From the NCBI RefSeq assembly GCF_001272835.1, contig NZ_CP010546.1, positions 1-32,000 on the forward strand: a stretch of 32,000 bases of DNA, read 5' to 3'. The position numbers were made by a program, and so were the translations under genes. This document shows, piece after piece, positions 31,095 through 32,000 of this stretch (the first letter of the stretch is position 1; each line of letters opens with the position of its first letter). A model generated the notes under the pieces. The model ran no database searches. It saw only the letters and a list, made by a program, of their open reading frames with translations, and had not been told where the DNA came from. The stretch comes from Mycoplasmoides pneumoniae FH. Lineage in GTDB: Bacteria > Bacillota_I > Bacilli_A > Mycoplasmatales > Mycoplasmoidaceae.

Positions 31095-32000
31095 ATGTTA
31101 AGTGCGGGAATTGTTGGTTTACCCAACGTTGGTAAATCAACCTTGTTTAGTGCTATTACCAACCTGCAAGTGGAAATAGCTAACTATCCCTTTGCCACGA
31201 TTGAACCGAATGCCGGGATAGTTAACGTAATCGATGAGCGCTTAGACAAACTAGCGAGTTTAATTAAACCCGATAAGGTTACCCACACTACCTTTCGCTT
31301 TGTTGACATTGCTGGTTTAGTTAAGGGTGCCAGTAAGGGAGAAGGACTGGGCAACCAGTTCTTGGCCAACATCAGAGAAGTTGACCTTATTTGTCACGTA
31401 GTGCGTTGCTATGAGGACAAGAAGATTGTCCACGTTAATAACCAGGTCGACCCCGTATTTGACTTTGAAATTATTGTCAATGAGTTAATCCAGGCCGACA
31501 TTGAGGTGGTGAATACCCGGATTGGCAAGATTAAGCGCAAGGCCGAATCTGGTGATAAGCAGTCCAAGGAAGAATATCAACTGCTAGCACCCGTTTTACA
31601 AGGTTTGCAACAAAACCAGATGGTGTTGCATCTAGTGAATGAAGTAGATTTAAAGAAACTCAAGTCACTTAATTTACTAACCGCCAAACCGATCCTAGTG
31701 GTGGCCAATGTGTCAGAAGCGGATTTGTCCAACCTTGACCATAATCCCCACCTCACTCAGCTCAACCAGTTCTTAAAACAACATAACTTACCCCATGCCA
31801 TTCCTGTTTGTGCATTATTAGAAAATGAGTTGAGTAGCTTGGATGCCAATGGTCGTCAAGACTGGCTCAAGGAGTTGGGTTTAAGTGATTACCAAGGTTT
31901 AAACCAACTAATTAAAACGGCTTATGATGCGATTGGTCTGTGGTCATTCTTTACCTTTGGTAAGCAAGAAGTGCGCGCTTGGGCTTTTAAAAAGGGTTGG
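31095..32000 (+). CDS. ychF: Ribosome-binding ATPase YchF/Obg-like (3'-truncated by the window edge)
   Basis: ATG 31095. N-terminus MLSAGIVGLPNVGKSTLFSAITN, then ANYPFATIEPN and DIAGLVKGASKGEGLGNQFL. The frame is open to the end of the window. Confidence 0.9.
   Translation, partial: MLSAGIVGLPNVGKSTLFSAITNLQVEIANYPFATIEPNAGIVNVIDERLDKLASLIKPDKVTHTTFRFVDIAGLVKGASKGEGLGNQFLANIREVDLICHVVRCYEDKKIVHVNNQVDPVFDFEIIVNELIQADIEVVNTRIGKIKRKAESGDKQSKEEYQLLAPVLQGLQQNQMVLHLVNEVDLKKLKSLNLLTAKPILVVANVSEADLSNLDHNPHLTQLNQFLKQHNLPHAIPVCALLENELSSLDANGRQDWLKELGLSDYQGLNQLIKTAYDAIGLWSFFTFGKQEVRAWAFKKGW

Noticed and set aside
1-32000. Runs of adjacent short ORFs in the same frame (for example 7296-7859 with 7863-8558; 21227 / 21563 / 22217 / 22517; 28229 / 28649 / 29066) looked like frameshifted or nonsense-disrupted pseudogenes.
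   Set aside because: Every break is a TGA with no frame change, and several fall on conserved Trp positions. Reading UGA as Trp restores full-length, motif-complete proteins.

Overview
The window reads as the start of a Mycoplasma (Mycoplasmoides) pneumoniae-type chromosome. I recognise the gene order from memory and ran no search. UGA is read as Trp (translation table 4), so the supplied standard-code ORF track splits about 18 of the 26 genes into same-frame pieces. All coordinates below are re-joined across in-frame TGA codons.

Layout:
- 1-690: an AT-rich, repeat- and palindrome-laden non-coding region 5' of dnaN, a candidate origin region.
- 691-12044: dnaN, a J-domain protein, gyrB, gyrA, serS, tmk, holB, mnmE and tatD, tightly packed on the + strand.
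- About 12.05-15.85 kb: a visibly more AT-rich accessory islet. It holds a DUF16 coiled-coil gene, two paralogous signal-peptide/lipoprotein genes on the - strand, a 725-bp spacer with no called gene, and a second, expanded DUF16 gene.
- 15851-18973: a Toprim-only mini-primase-like gene (+), then two RimK-like ATP-grasp genes and folD as an overlapping operon (-).
- 19058-19215: tRNA-Ala(UGC) and tRNA-Ile(GAU) on the - strand.
- 19309-32000: two overlapping half-ABC exporter genes, a 1030-aa SWIM+SNF2 helicase, CIRCE-dnaJ, pip, metG, rpoE, fba and ychF (truncated at the window end).

I see no CRISPR array, IS element, integrase or recognisable defence or toxin system. Most of the window is housekeeping.

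The unusual material is concentrated in the islet:
- the two DUF16 genes share a leader and a terminator;
- one lipoprotein paralog carries a compensated double frameshift;
- the other paralog has lost its lipobox cysteine;
- the spacer holds an inverted leader fragment and an orphan minus-strand terminator.

Outside the islet, four things stand out: the ATP-grasp pair linked to folD, the asymmetric ABC heterodimer, the palindromes upstream of dnaN, and the gyrB leader hairpin.
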